Virus record (IMG/VR): IMGVR_UViG_3300033070_001497 | Span: 32,001-96,000 of that record | Source: a virus | Lineage: Duplodnaviria > Caudoviricetes | Length of the DNA: 64,000 bases | Direction: 5' to 3' (one strand) | Shown: one piece after another, positions 40,801 to 50,389 of the stretch | Numbering within the stretch: position 1 is the stretch's first letter | Layout: each line of letters begins with the position of its first letter | Notes under the pieces: model-generated | Seen by the model: the letters and a program-made list of their open reading frames with translations, nothing else | What the model was told of the DNA's origin: nothing | The model's database searches: none | Translations under genes and position numbers: made by a program

Positions 40801-41424
40801 TCGACTGACGCCGGTGTCAACACGATAGTCCAAGACGAGATCAGGAATTCTGTGTTCGCGAATGCTCCGTTCGGAACGACTGGCTCCGATAGGCAGACCG
40901 CGTTCTTCCACGAATCGATCGGTGGGACCGCTGACAAGCACGCCAAGATCGGATTCGTCGATGGGGATCAATACTTGATCGGACCAAGGTCGGTTGGAGC
41001 GTACCTGTTCTTCAACCCGAAGAGCCACGATGTCATCACAGTTCCAGGATCTGACAACCTCTCGTTCAAGACTCTCAAGTTCGGCACCAAAGAGGCATTG
41101 ACCATCCCAGTCACTTTCCAGTACAGGATGACCGATTACTTCGGAAGCGAGGACACTGGGCTTGGAAATGTCGGTGGCAACCCATCTGCTTCGGCGAACA
41201 CCAACCTCGAGTACATCAAGACCATTGGAGTCGATGTCTTCCCGAACCCAACAGAGAACGAGAGGTTCTCGTTTGACTTAGAGCTCTCGGCGAGGTACTA
41301 CTCCAGGACTCTGGCCTCGAAGGAGACTCCGTTGAGGACCTTCGAGAACACCATCGATGACTTCACGTCTCAGATCGTGACGTTGCTCCCACAGACATCC
41401 AGGGATGCTGGATCTAGGAGTTAA
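37819..41424 (+). CDS. large virion structural protein
   Basis: 1201 aa, coiled-coil and FN3-like segments, structural context. Confidence 0.65.
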   Translation: MPPVNKSKNSLTTQLNDLMRIQKDAYEMMLKFSQLVSSNSDTVTFDLSDAVGKIKKVTVPSMSSIMAEVKRVSNSLESISGVGGKSATVKLSDGKFRKVLAASLKREAADIKAMPLPKTFNKKENWFFESFLNPLLYVSFDLSDQIKPNTENVEIHRYILNLDTEAKKKLFDKNFKGNSNILFQDFYSIVLDNNITFFDDNEVVSLPPRSLRFFGDFAVTDVFDESTTETLDGVLYQKRVLKLRLDTLKYSDHQSRFKLTQSLKVGDSLLVNANNKDTRYRIDSIESDTRTVTVSIVEGFEPIKIGVDVLSYYDVDNSSVSVDVNVGFNENCVLFIRPIDPDSKIASVNWSPGVGLFTNELTIKDDSDQDITLDVFYQNQVIDFGAYLYSVAKEKIPPSIFGVTPDAPAVTTDNFKVVQINEHITSNSSIQDVKKLHAEKNRLQSTISTIDKSIVSLRSKIESTKYVSKKVEDTDRNELSRLIGDRDSTSKLFSSSVDDINKISTARALGDANPKYRVRGFFPIPKAKSTDRTNPQEVVQFIVQYRYLKKDGSANQPTQIKFLDNSGEERRGTFSTWNELKTPVRSRYTDPFTGEIAWKVEDVEDGDSVNINQIDIPISQNESVEIRIKSLSEAGWPISPKESVWSETVRVEFPSDLESIQDVGSITDEANKDRAKIELRKELDSLGITDHVNSSFSQSSKYFAHSAKELASGFFTSEQNVIPLFDKLKEMEETIFELRAMIDKSRAILVVRVVDELGQEHTVEKNSTLRLFAGNYREQVSGSVVKKGAIITKNYFIRVFNEKQSALEMYAREFGSRYVKITPSYSSGEDFRVNDQDYNRVRRYDYVPLSLSSPPTEELNSYGFIRNYPQQSSQVLGQFIALRYLAVDGRRPLYSNVDGLTYGVYDSRAITNGTPAYISTVTEDVEHTLNSTVMDTLVASTNVGATVSGDFIWKGGTNGTWVIPYTDANVQASYNDNIFIHIKHPMVPSWAGMTSTDAGVNTIVQDEIRNSVFANAPFGTTGSDRQTAFFHESIGGTADKHAKIGFVDGDQYLIGPRSVGAYLFFNPKSHDVITVPGSDNLSFKTLKFGTKEALTIPVTFQYRMTDYFGSEDTGLGNVGGNPSASANTNLEYIKTIGVDVFPNPTENERFSFDLELSARYYSRTLASKETPLRTFENTIDDFTSQIVTLLPQTSRDAGSRS

Positions 41425-41438
41425 GGGATCCAGGGTTA

Positions 41439-41445
41439 ATACATA
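41439..41445 (+). promoter_or_regulatory. putative late promoter variant ATACATA
   Basis: 4 nt before ATG 41450. Confidence 0.6.
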
Positions 41446-41449
41446 GCCC

Positions 41450-44400
41450 ATGAGTCGGATATTGAAGAGGACGTCCTTCGGCCTCGTGAGGACGAACCCA
41501 AAGCTGACGACGAACATTCAGATTGTCGCCGATTCGAAGGATCACCTCTATTTGGAGACGATCGATGCGAATCCTGCGTTGAGTCGCTCTATCTACAAGG
41601 GCTACCCAATCAGCTCAAAGAACAGCTACAGCTACGATCTGGCCCGTTTCTACTCACAGAATGGCAACCAGGTATCACCGAAGGACGCTTATTTCGTCCA
41701 CGAGAAGGACGAGTCCATCGAGCCAAAGGACCGTTACAAGAACCAGTACGATTTCACATACTGCACAGGGTTCTACGTCAAGAACTCGAGGATCTACGAT
41801 GAGGAGTACGCGATCTTCGCTCCGCTCTGGCTTGAGAAGGACAACATCCCTACTCGATTTGTCATCTTCAAGATGGATGGGCCAGTATCAGTCAATGTGG
41901 CCGGAGAGAGCAACTCCAATCTGAACAAGGACATTGAGCCGATCTTCGACGAAATGGTCAAGGATCCGGCCAACTTCTACGAGAATGTCATCAAGAAAGC
42001 CAGGATCGTAACGTCTTTCGACCTGACAGAGAAGACGGAGCTGGGCAGGTACATAAGCCGGCACACCAACGATCCGGATTTCCCTGAATCGCCGATCTAC
42101 TACTCCCCACAGAAGAACTCACAGACATACTGGCAAGGGATCTCGTTCGACAAGGGCGGATTCGTGAAGAAGAGCCAGGATGTCTACCTCGAGCACGTTG
42201 CGGTCGATAAGACGATCATAGAGGCCGACGATTTCATCACGACTGGGTTCCAACGAAACTCGGTCGTGTTAGCCAATCTGCTCAACATCGAATTCCTGTT
42301 CGATGATCCGGATGAGACGAAGTACGAGTTCTCGCGGTACTTTGGGCTCTACATGAACGAGGTGGAATTCGGTAAGTTCGTCATCGATGGAGCCAGGCTC
42401 TTCGACGACCGAGACCGAGAGACCACACAAGTCCTGAGGCCTTCCATGCCCAACTCGGTTGGGTACTACTACAACCGAAAGGACCAGCTACAAAGCAATG
42501 AGCTGGGAATCAAGGTATACCCTGAGGTGGTTGGGCCGACGGGAGCGTCTGGCATACACAGCGGCAGGTTGGTCACGTGGGAGGAAGTCCAGCTGAACAG
42601 GTTCGGATATGTTCGTGACACCGCATCGAACCTCTACTCGATCGATAGCACTAGGGACTGGACAGCCAGGTACACGTCGAACACATCGAGCTCGATAGAG
42701 CCGAATTTCGTCGGCGAACTATGGTTGGATATAGCGATCAACTATCCTTCGGCGATAAGCATCTACATCCCAGGGACATCGGTGAATGGGTACAATGCGT
42801 GGTATCTCCCAGGATCTACTGGAGGAACAGCTAACTCGTTCTACTTCGAGACTTCGAGCTCGGTTGCGCCAGAGGCTCCGGCCTGGTTCTTCGTCCATGG
42901 CGGAACGCACATGGCCTACGGCTTGACTGCCGGAAACCCTAGCTCGCCGTGGGAGACTGTCTTCTACGACAGCACAACCGCTGGCGCGATGCCGGTGCAG
43001 ATCCCAACGCCGGTCGTCGATTCTGGATACCTCAGGCTCAAGAACAAGCACATCAACTGGAAGACTTTCGGAGGATACGACGAACCACACTCCAAGATAG
43101 ACGCCAAGCTCTCCTCGGTAAAGGGCCGGCCAGGTTTCTCGTTCAAGGTCCTTTCCACTCCAGAGTCAGGAGACGAGATCAGGATCAAGTACACCGATTG
43201 GACCGATGCTGGCGCCTCTGGCATCATCGATTTCTACTCCGTCTGTGGTGACGATTCGTTGCCAGCCAACACGATCAACGGGCTGCAATGGAGCACCAGG
43301 GGCACGATGAAGGACATCGCAAGCGCCATCTCGAAGGCGATCAACAACATCGAACGCCTGATCGGTGAGACACAGATCTTCAGATCGATCTCCAAATCGG
43401 ATGAGGTGATCGTGTTCGCTATCAACGCAAGCGAGAATTGGAATAGGCTCAAGTGGTCCATATTCTCCAGCGCTTCGATCTTCCCATTCGACCCATTCAA
43501 CGACTTCGAGCCCGTTCAAGGAATCTCTGGCTACGTTCCTACCCCAATCCAAGCCTCAACTCCCATCGATGGCCTCTACTACTTGGATCACTTCAGGGGC
43601 GGATGCGACAACCCGTTGGCCAGGTGCACGGTCGACAGGGACACCTACAAGGAGTTCATCGGAGACGAGCGAACGTTCATCAAGACTTCACAGGGCTATG
43701 ACGAGCTAGGTGAGATCTCCATGTACTTCGATGAGCCGATCTACAACGGCCAAGGTGAGATCGTCGACTTCAGAGGATACGATGAGAAGATGACCCTCAT
43801 CCTGAAGGACAAGAAACAGCAGTTCGACCTTGGACAGGTCAAGAGGATCAGCCTGCACCGGTTAGGACTCAACAGGTGCGGATTCCTCTCGATCCTACCG
43901 ATCCGAGATTTCGACTTCGATTTCTGGAGCACGTACTACAACAAAGCCGTCGATTCTGGCACGACTGGGCTCTACGGATGGTATACCTCTGGGACTGGCG
44001 GAACCGGACAGATCCCGCTGTTCAACTACCCTAGCCTGAACGCAAACGCACAGTACGTCGTCGATTCGTTCATTGGACCGACATCAGATTTCCTGGTCAA
44101 CAGCGGATTCCAGGCCCTCGTAGGGATCACGGATGAATTGGAGGACACCGAGGATGTGCCGATGAACGAGTACGATCGGCTCAAGGAAAACTCGCTTTCC
44201 GCCCTTGCACTGTCATCCCGAGTCGTTCCATTCATCAACAAGTGGGTGTACGACAATGAGTCAAGCGACGTGAGGGAGAACAACTACCGATTGAACGCCG
44301 ACCAAGCTTTCTCTTACAACGGGTTCTCCCCATCGTTCGATCAGTTAGAGAGGAACCCAAAGTTCTTCACACACGAATGGTACTACCTCCAGAGGTACCC

Positions 44401-46585
44401 ACCCTACATGTCGTTCGAAGAGAAGCTCGCGTCGTATTCCTACTTCGACGAGAATCTCAACTTCCCTAACATCCCACTTCCGACTGATTCGGCCTTCGAT
44501 TCGGTCTGTGCCGGTTTGACTGGGGCGTCGGGCGCATCAGCTAACCTGCTCTCGGTAGCAGAAGACTACTTCACATCGTACTTCACCCGGGAAACCGTGG
44601 ATGGGATCGATGTGCCAAGGGACTTCAGGTACTCCATCTTCGGATACGGTGATAGAAACAAGCACGCAGAGACCCTATTCCGTGGGGTCAATGTGGAAAT
44701 CAAGGAGAGGCAAGAATCCTCGCCAATCAACCACAACAAGGATTCGATCAGGTTCATACCAAGCGAAAGGTACAACGGCTACAAGTTCTCGGCTGTGCTG
44801 ACCGACAGCGACGTTGGCAACCAGATCACGGTGATCAAGAATGAGAAGTGGAAGGCGGTGACGCTGGTGATCCAGAGCGAGCTCAGGAACGATTTCACGA
44901 TGTTCTACGACACGGAGGCTGGCGCCACGTCGTTCTTCATCGACAAGACGATCCTTTACTCGCTCAACCACAAGATCGATTTCGTTGGGCCGAGCGCGAT
45001 CTACTCTGACAAGAAGGTGTCTGGAGGCATCGTGAATTGGATCGACGATGGCACAGATTTCATTGTGACAGGCGGATCAAGCGTGGATGGCACGTTCTGT
45101 AACTTCGCCGAGGAGATCACGCAGAACGGGAACGGCGTCTACAACAGCATCATCGCTACCGATGGCACATACACATTCGAGTTCCGGGACATCTTCGATG
45201 TCTCCACCTCGAGCTTCAGGTGCCGAAGGATCTTCAGCTCGACTCTGGACACTTACCCTATGGTGCCAGATGGCACAAAGAGCCTCTATCCGAACATCTA
45301 CTACGTCATGTGGGCTTCGGAGTATTGGCTCAGGGACCAATATGTCCAAGCGCTTAGGACAGATGTCAGCTACGACGGAGGCGGATACAACGCCTTCAAG
45401 GTGATGAGCGATTCCATCACCTTCGGTGACATCGCGCACAAGATCAATAGCGGGATCCCAACCATCAAGTACGTGAACGTCGACAAGAACGGCAAAGTCG
45501 AGTACGACACGTTCTGCATCGAGCTGAATAGGCCGGAAACCCTCTACAAGCTCAGCTACGCCGAACCGACGAGGATCACGAACAGGCCGATCGATTTCCA
45601 GAACTCGACGCTGAGCATCGGGTATGAGCTCAAGGCAACAAAGAGGACCAGCGTCATCGAGTTCACGAGGGTCAAGGGCGGCTTCAGTCCAAAGTTCGTG
45701 GATGTCTTCAAATTCGCGGACACCGAAGCCCTGAGAGAGGAAGGATTCGACTACCAGAACATCCAATTCTACCTGGGAGATTCGTACCCGTTTGGAGTGA
45801 TCAAGAACCTCTACTTCAACAAGGTCAACACGGAGAATCCGAACCTTATCCTTCGGTCATCGAGCGACAAGGATCGATCCATATTTCCTGACATAGACGA
45901 GATCGCCATCGACTACGCTGACTTCTTTGTCTTCAGGTCCAATTGGGATCCGTTCTTCTACCGAAAGTACCTGAAAAAGGACGTGTCGAACCCAGTCATC
46001 GGAACGAGGGAGCCAAAAGAGATCAAGGCGTTCTTCGCGTCGAAGACCATCGCGATCCCAGATGTAGTCAGGATCGAGAACTTCCCAGAAGGAGCGATCT
46101 CTATCCAAGAGTTAGGAAGGATATCCATGATCGAGACAGTCGACCAGAATGTGGTTTCCTCGGTCAAGGAGGGCCAGGACACCCGAACGCTAGAGCTGAA
46201 CATCTTCACTGGGCTTGTGCTCGAGAATTGGCTCATCCAGAATGGGTTCGGTGCCAGCTTCACAAAGTACATTGACCCTAACTACTCGTTCGGCAACAAA
46301 GGCCTTGAGGACGACATCAAGCTCTACATCAAGGAGAACATCTACGAGAGGTACTATGTGGCCGATGTGAACTTCTACGAACGGGTGATGAAGAAGGGTG
46401 AGAACCTGCCGGCTTTCAACTGGGAGTTGGACGACCAGGGCAAGTTGAGCGCCGGCTACGTCCAGAGCAAGGACTTCTCGGTCACTAACTTCTCGACTGA
46501 GAGCCTGGACTTTGCCCTCTCATACTCGGTGCCAGTCACCAAGCGCACGTCGATCGCCCTATCGATCATCCTTCGAAAGAAGTAA
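41450..46585 (+). CDS. very large virion structural protein
   Basis: 1711 aa, late motif upstream, structural context. Confidence 0.65.
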   Translation: MSRILKRTSFGLVRTNPKLTTNIQIVADSKDHLYLETIDANPALSRSIYKGYPISSKNSYSYDLARFYSQNGNQVSPKDAYFVHEKDESIEPKDRYKNQYDFTYCTGFYVKNSRIYDEEYAIFAPLWLEKDNIPTRFVIFKMDGPVSVNVAGESNSNLNKDIEPIFDEMVKDPANFYENVIKKARIVTSFDLTEKTELGRYISRHTNDPDFPESPIYYSPQKNSQTYWQGISFDKGGFVKKSQDVYLEHVAVDKTIIEADDFITTGFQRNSVVLANLLNIEFLFDDPDETKYEFSRYFGLYMNEVEFGKFVIDGARLFDDRDRETTQVLRPSMPNSVGYYYNRKDQLQSNELGIKVYPEVVGPTGASGIHSGRLVTWEEVQLNRFGYVRDTASNLYSIDSTRDWTARYTSNTSSSIEPNFVGELWLDIAINYPSAISIYIPGTSVNGYNAWYLPGSTGGTANSFYFETSSSVAPEAPAWFFVHGGTHMAYGLTAGNPSSPWETVFYDSTTAGAMPVQIPTPVVDSGYLRLKNKHINWKTFGGYDEPHSKIDAKLSSVKGRPGFSFKVLSTPESGDEIRIKYTDWTDAGASGIIDFYSVCGDDSLPANTINGLQWSTRGTMKDIASAISKAINNIERLIGETQIFRSISKSDEVIVFAINASENWNRLKWSIFSSASIFPFDPFNDFEPVQGISGYVPTPIQASTPIDGLYYLDHFRGGCDNPLARCTVDRDTYKEFIGDERTFIKTSQGYDELGEISMYFDEPIYNGQGEIVDFRGYDEKMTLILKDKKQQFDLGQVKRISLHRLGLNRCGFLSILPIRDFDFDFWSTYYNKAVDSGTTGLYGWYTSGTGGTGQIPLFNYPSLNANAQYVVDSFIGPTSDFLVNSGFQALVGITDELEDTEDVPMNEYDRLKENSLSALALSSRVVPFINKWVYDNESSDVRENNYRLNADQAFSYNGFSPSFDQLERNPKFFTHEWYYLQRYPPYMSFEEKLASYSYFDENLNFPNIPLPTDSAFDSVCAGLTGASGASANLLSVAEDYFTSYFTRETVDGIDVPRDFRYSIFGYGDRNKHAETLFRGVNVEIKERQESSPINHNKDSIRFIPSERYNGYKFSAVLTDSDVGNQITVIKNEKWKAVTLVIQSELRNDFTMFYDTEAGATSFFIDKTILYSLNHKIDFVGPSAIYSDKKVSGGIVNWIDDGTDFIVTGGSSVDGTFCNFAEEITQNGNGVYNSIIATDGTYTFEFRDIFDVSTSSFRCRRIFSSTLDTYPMVPDGTKSLYPNIYYVMWASEYWLRDQYVQALRTDVSYDGGGYNAFKVMSDSITFGDIAHKINSGIPTIKYVNVDKNGKVEYDTFCIELNRPETLYKLSYAEPTRITNRPIDFQNSTLSIGYELKATKRTSVIEFTRVKGGFSPKFVDVFKFADTEALREEGFDYQNIQFYLGDSYPFGVIKNLYFNKVNTENPNLILRSSSDKDRSIFPDIDEIAIDYADFFVFRSNWDPFFYRKYLKKDVSNPVIGTREPKEIKAFFASKTIAIPDVVRIENFPEGAISIQELGRISMIETVDQNVVSSVKEGQDTRTLELNIFTGLVLENWLIQNGFGASFTKYIDPNYSFGNKGLEDDIKLYIKENIYERYYVADVNFYERVMKKGENLPAFNWELDDQGKLSAGYVQSKDFSVTNFSTESLDFALSYSVPVTKRTSIALSIILRKK

Positions 46586-46600
46586 CAGGTCTCCGGGCCG

Positions 46601-46607
46601 ATAGATA
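46601..46607 (+). promoter_or_regulatory. putative late promoter ATAGATA followed by a structured leader
   Basis: Motif 60 nt upstream of GTG 46668; stem AGCAGAGCCG/CGGCTGTCTGCT follows. Confidence 0.6.
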
Positions 46608-46667
46608 AGCAGAGCCGAGACGCGTCTTACTGGCGGCTGTCTGCTCGCACAAAAAGCGCAACCAAGA

Positions 46668-49568
46668 GTGTCGAACATCGTCATCAGGGAGCTACTTCCA
46701 TCCGATCCGCTCTCGGAGGCGGTGGAGAAGATCAACTTCAATTTCGACCAGCTGATGTTGGCTGGCGGTGGCCCTCAGGGCATCCAGGGCAACACTGGTC
46801 CGACGGGTTCACATGGGCCCATCGGCCCAAGGGGCTCGCTCTGGTTCAGCCACGGAGGTACCGGCCTCACCGCCACAGATGAGGGCGAGGATCTCAGGCA
46901 CGAGGATCAGGTCCTTCTGATCACCGGCGACATCTACAGCTGGTACGAGCTCGGTGGATCTGGTGGCTCCACTGGCTGGACGTACAGCGGGATCAACATC
47001 ATGGGCCCAACCGGCAGCGATGGACAGACGGGCGGCGCTTACGAGTGGCAATTCTTCCCTGGGTCCACTGGAAATGCCCAAGACCCTAACGCCTATGGAC
47101 CGACAACTGGCAACTCCTCGACCACACAGACGACCAACGTCGATTTCATCGTCCCAATAGAGCCGAACAAGAACTCCCTCTTCATAGGCAGCCGGCAATG
47201 GGCCTATGACAAGCTGGCAAGTTTCAACACCTTCCCAGATGGGTCCAGTGCGAGCTTGACATTCCAAGGAGATTCGCCCAAGATCACGATCATCCAGAAG
47301 GAAGTCAACTATGCTGGCCTCAATGGCCTTGCGTTCGGTGCGGTTGGGCTCACCTCGAGCGCGTCTTCCTTGCCACCGATGGGCGACCTGACCGCTCCGG
47401 TCACTGCCTTCGATTTCGTGCACCTGGGGTTCGTCAGGGAGGCCACTCTCCCAGAGAAGCAGACGTTCCTGTTGAACTCCTTCAGGATGCCAGTAAGGCT
47501 CCAGATCGGGAATGACACATCGAACTACCGTAGGGCAGACTTCACGTTGAACTCCCACCAGGCGACAGTATCGAACTACGACGTGACGAGGTTCATCCGG
47601 TCTGGACAGACTTCGGCCCCATTCGGCATCAACCGGCAACAGGCTTTCATCGAGATCGTAGCGAAGCACAACCAACACGGCGCCCTGTTGGGTGGCACAT
47701 CGGGGTATGTCTCCATCCAGGGCCACGCAGGCTCCGTCTCGGGATCAGCTGAGCACCCATACGGGTTCACGATCATTGGCCCAACGTATTCGAACGTTGG
47801 ATCATACACGGCCTTCGTTGCCGGTGATCCATCTGCGCTGATCATCTCCAGGCAGATCACCACATACAACAGCGATTCATCGATCAAGTTCTATTCGCCG
47901 GGCAACGGCTTTGGCCTCTTCAACAACAACGACTTCATTGCGAAGTTCGTCGGCCTAGCCACTGTCAACGGCAAGAGTTTCCAGATCTCTGGCCGAAGGA
48001 TAGGCATCAACCCGAAGTTCGACACGAACGAGGCTAGGCTGGTGCCTTTGATGCCATTCCATGTCAGGCAAAAGCAATCCAACCTGACTGGCTATTTCGT
48101 TGGGTCTGGGATCGTTTCCCACCCACACGCCGACACGTGGATGGCTGGATTCGATTCAGTGGATGGATCGAACGGAGTGTACACCCAACAGTTTGGCCTA
48201 GGGATCGGTTACACCACGCCTGGCTTGAGCTTCACTGGAGAGAGAAGATTCCCACTCATCCAGACGTACATGAGCGCTATCGGATCAGCTGTAGCAGCTC
48301 CATTGGTCATGCAGATCGGACAGGAAGAGGACATGGGCAACCTGATGCTCGGACTCTCGCCTAACCCGAACTACTACATGCCAAAATCGAAGCTCTCGGT
48401 CTTTGGCTCGATAAATGTCGGGTCGACCGCTTACCACGCGGTGACAGTTTCCAAGGCGCCGGACTTTGGCATCAGGTCAGAGGGGCCTATCATCGTTGGT
48501 ACACTCGACTTCGCGCCGACAACGACTGTCATTCCGGTCTCTTCTGGTGTAACTGGCTTGATCGGCTCGACCTATGCCTTCTACTCCACGCAGAAAGTCA
48601 TCTCCAGGAACTTCGTCGCGACGTCGAACAACGGACAGGTGAATTCGTCTATCAAGTCAGCCGCATTCGCGACCTCGGACTTGGTGACAGGTCTCAGGGG
48701 TGCCACGTACGCAGGAGAGGCTTACATCACCGTCAAATCCGGCAATTCGTCCTCCGACGATGTCATCAAGTTCTCAGCGGTCAGCGATGATGCTAACGAG
48801 ATCAACGCCTACGCCGTACAGATTCTGAAGATCCATGCGATGAAGCCGAGGTACCTCTCGGCGTACAACCTGACACAGTTCACGGAGATCATCGCTAGCC
48901 CAACTGCGACAGGCAACTATGGTCTAACTACGATTCCGACGAACAGCTCGGTGATCGTCCTTGACGGTGGAGGCACGCACGACCATGATGGCTACTATTC
49001 CACGTGGAAGGGCCACTTCGAAGCGGAACAGGGGTTGGTCGCTAACAGCACATACTTCATGGTCGAGCTCCAGGATGGGTTGTACGATGGACAGGAAGTC
49101 GAGATCATCTCTAATGGTTGGGGCACGAGAGGCCTCTATGGCAGCGCCCAGCCGGCCTTCTCGTTCAAGAACAACGCCAGGTGGCCGCTGACAACCGCGG
49201 TTCCGAAGATGATCCTCCAGAAGGAATTCAACGGCGGTGGACAGACGGACGCCATCAATGGATATGGCTTCGATGGACCGCTGAACCCTGGCTTCGGCCT
49301 CCCTTACCCGTTCCCACACGGCGCTAAGGTCGCTGGGCCTGCGCTTTCCAATGAGTCGGTCGACAACAGCAAGTGGTCACAGCAGGGCCAGTTCACAGTC
49401 TTTGGCTCCAAGACGATCAAGCTCCGTTGGATGCGCGTCATCCCAATGGAGAACACGCTCTATCTCAACAAGTACCGTTGGGTAGAAATCTCGCGCACAT
49501 CCAACTCAGTGGATGACACGATCACCAACGGCGCATACATCGGTAACACTGGATACACAGTCGGATGA
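46668..49568 (+). CDS. putative tail fibre protein
   Basis: SDPLSEAVEKINFNF N-terminus, short collagen tract GPQGIQGNTGPTG...GPRGSLW, Gly/Ser/Thr-rich body. Confidence 0.65.
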   Translation: MSNIVIRELLPSDPLSEAVEKINFNFDQLMLAGGGPQGIQGNTGPTGSHGPIGPRGSLWFSHGGTGLTATDEGEDLRHEDQVLLITGDIYSWYELGGSGGSTGWTYSGINIMGPTGSDGQTGGAYEWQFFPGSTGNAQDPNAYGPTTGNSSTTQTTNVDFIVPIEPNKNSLFIGSRQWAYDKLASFNTFPDGSSASLTFQGDSPKITIIQKEVNYAGLNGLAFGAVGLTSSASSLPPMGDLTAPVTAFDFVHLGFVREATLPEKQTFLLNSFRMPVRLQIGNDTSNYRRADFTLNSHQATVSNYDVTRFIRSGQTSAPFGINRQQAFIEIVAKHNQHGALLGGTSGYVSIQGHAGSVSGSAEHPYGFTIIGPTYSNVGSYTAFVAGDPSALIISRQITTYNSDSSIKFYSPGNGFGLFNNNDFIAKFVGLATVNGKSFQISGRRIGINPKFDTNEARLVPLMPFHVRQKQSNLTGYFVGSGIVSHPHADTWMAGFDSVDGSNGVYTQQFGLGIGYTTPGLSFTGERRFPLIQTYMSAIGSAVAAPLVMQIGQEEDMGNLMLGLSPNPNYYMPKSKLSVFGSINVGSTAYHAVTVSKAPDFGIRSEGPIIVGTLDFAPTTTVIPVSSGVTGLIGSTYAFYSTQKVISRNFVATSNNGQVNSSIKSAAFATSDLVTGLRGATYAGEAYITVKSGNSSSDDVIKFSAVSDDANEINAYAVQILKIHAMKPRYLSAYNLTQFTEIIASPTATGNYGLTTIPTNSSVIVLDGGGTHDHDGYYSTWKGHFEAEQGLVANSTYFMVELQDGLYDGQEVEIISNGWGTRGLYGSAQPAFSFKNNARWPLTTAVPKMILQKEFNGGGQTDAINGYGFDGPLNPGFGLPYPFPHGAKVAGPALSNESVDNSKWSQQGQFTVFGSKTIKLRWMRVIPMENTLYLNKYRWVEISRTSNSVDDTITNGAYIGNTGYTVG

Positions 49569-50389
49569 TCCCATTCTCGTCAATAACAGCGTGCGTTGGC
49601 AAGTTCCTAAGAGGGCTAAAGCTCAAGGACATGCTCTGGATAGTCGGCGTCATTCTGGCGATCATGCTGTTCAAGCAGTGTTCGACCATCAACGAGCTCA
49701 GGCAGCGAGAGAAGATCATCGAGCAGAATGCGATCGCTCTCACTGACACAGTCAAGATCGAGAGGACGAACCGAGAAAGGACGCTGAATGCGTACAAAGC
49801 GGTCATGGTCGCCGACCAGGAGGAATTGAAGAAGCTGAACAGCGACCTCTATTGGAAGATCGATTCTCTGAAACGGGTCAAAGGGATCAGGGGCAATGTC
49901 CTGACCTTCCAAGAAGCCGGAGTCAACATCAAGGGCGATACTGGCATGGTCGAGGCTACTGTCGTCTATGTGTCTCCAAGCGGAGACGTCAGGCTGAGGT
50001 TCGAGCGTGATACCGCTTTCGATGCGTACAACTCCAGGGGCCTGGCTGGCCACCTGGATTTCCACATCGATTCGATGGACATAAGCAATGCGTCGATGAC
50101 GATCGATCGAGACGACATCTCGATGAGCCTTGCCACTGGGATCACTGAGGAGGATGGCACCTACAAGATCTTCGTCAGCTCAGATTTCCCTGGGTTCACA
50201 GTCACAAAGCTCGATGGCGCGGTGCTAGATCCGAAGATGCTACGTAAGATCGCGAGCGATGAGAGTTCATTCATCTTTGGGCCTCAGCTAGGGTTCGGCT
50301 ATTCGTTCGGAAGCTCGACTCCAGCTCCAATCATAGGGATAGGGATCTCTTACAACGTCAACAAACCGTTCAAATCGCTTCTGCGCTGA
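49565..50389 (+). CDS. membrane-anchored coiled-coil protein, candidate spanin/lysis accessory
   Basis: N-terminal TM helix ending in KQCS, coiled coil, C-terminal amphipathic beta-hairpin FIFGPQLGFGY...IGIGISYN. Confidence 0.5.
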   Translation: MIPFSSITACVGKFLRGLKLKDMLWIVGVILAIMLFKQCSTINELRQREKIIEQNAIALTDTVKIERTNRERTLNAYKAVMVADQEELKKLNSDLYWKIDSLKRVKGIRGNVLTFQEAGVNIKGDTGMVEATVVYVSPSGDVRLRFERDTAFDAYNSRGLAGHLDFHIDSMDISNASMTIDRDDISMSLATGITEEDGTYKIFVSSDFPGFTVTKLDGAVLDPKMLRKIASDESSFIFGPQLGFGYSFGSSTPAPIIGIGISYNVNKPFKSLLR

